DNA of 64,000 nt from Amoeboaphelidium protococcarum X5. Taxonomy: Eukaryota > Fungi > Aphelidiomycota. This document shows positions 63,687 through 64,000 of this stretch, piece after piece. How positions within the stretch are numbered: position 1 is the stretch's first letter; each line of letters begins with the position of its first letter. The position numbers were made by a program, and so were the translations under genes. Under the pieces are notes generated by a model. It had not been told where the DNA came from and made no database searches. It saw only the letters and a program-made list of their open reading frames with translations. The stretch is from positions 83,572 to 147,571 of the forward strand of contig JALDTO010000207.1 of assembly GCA_023515725.1 (NCBI GenBank). Direction: 5' to 3'.

Positions 63687-64000
63687 ATGGCTGGAGGAAA
63701 GAATACTGCTGCTAAACCATCAAAGTCCCGTTCTACCAAGGCCGGCCTGCAGTTCCCTGTTGGTCGTGTGCACCGTAAGCTTCGTCAGGGTAACTATGCT
63801 CAGCGTATTGGTGCTGGTGCTCCAGTTTATCTGGCTGCTGTCCTGGAGTACTTGACTGCTGAAATTCTGGAGTTGGCTGGTAACGCTGCTCGTGATAACA
63901 AGAAGACTCGTATCATTCCTCGTCACTTGCAGTTGGCCATCAGAAATGATGAAGAATTGAACAAGCTGCTGGGTGATGTCACAATTGCTCAAGGTGGTGT
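63687..64000 (+). CDS. HTA: Histone H2A (3' end outside the window), divergent from H2B
   Basis: [17 protein letters not shown]...[30 protein letters not shown]. Confidence 0.97.
   Translation, partial: MAGGKNTAAKPSKSRSTKAGLQFPVGRVHRKLRQGNYAQRIGAGAPVYLAAVLEYLTAEILELAGNAARDNKKTRIIPRHLQLAIRNDEELNKLLGDVTIAQGG

Noticed and set aside
1-64000. Mass pseudogenisation suggested by the fragmented ORF track
   Set aside because: The breaks are TAA/TAG at Gln positions and the frames stay continuous, so this is a code reassignment.
1-64000. CRISPR arrays or rRNA genes
   Set aside because: No regularly spaced repeats or rRNA-like sequence were seen.

Overview
Gene-dense eukaryotic (opisthokont, fungal-side) genomic DNA read with a non-standard code: TAA and TAG encode Gln and TGA is the only stop (translation table 6). 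The supplied standard-code ORF track is therefore fragmented, and every gene below was re-read by hand under table 6. The fungal-type gene set, short GT-AG introns (about 55-75 nt) and UAR=Gln best fit an aphelid such as Amoeboaphelidium (inference). About 35 protein genes are recoverable, including DBF4, a REC114-like gene, MPP10, MSH6, URA4, an ABCG half-transporter, verprolin, an FKBP-TPR protein, a gamma-carbonic anhydrase, ADSS, NHP2, a NYN nuclease, VPS25, ANT, eIF5, RING-H2, CCDC130/YJU2, RPL15, TRAPPC10, a PH-PH-MyTH4-FERM protein and divergent H2B/H2A. The main highlight is an intact Ty3/gypsy LTR retrotransposon (40609-45771) with identical 237-bp LTRs and a 4-bp TSD, inserted 14 bp upstream of a tRNA-Met gene. 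It has a Tf1-like self-priming PBS and fuses gag to pol through a single in-frame TGA in a CAA-TGA-CAG-TTA (stop-CARYYA) readthrough context. A second highlight is a stand-alone 810-aa tyrosine recombinase gene paired with an orphan ORF, the two sharing an upstream repeat (Crypton-like or a new YR element). All coordinates were counted manually and may be off by a few bases.
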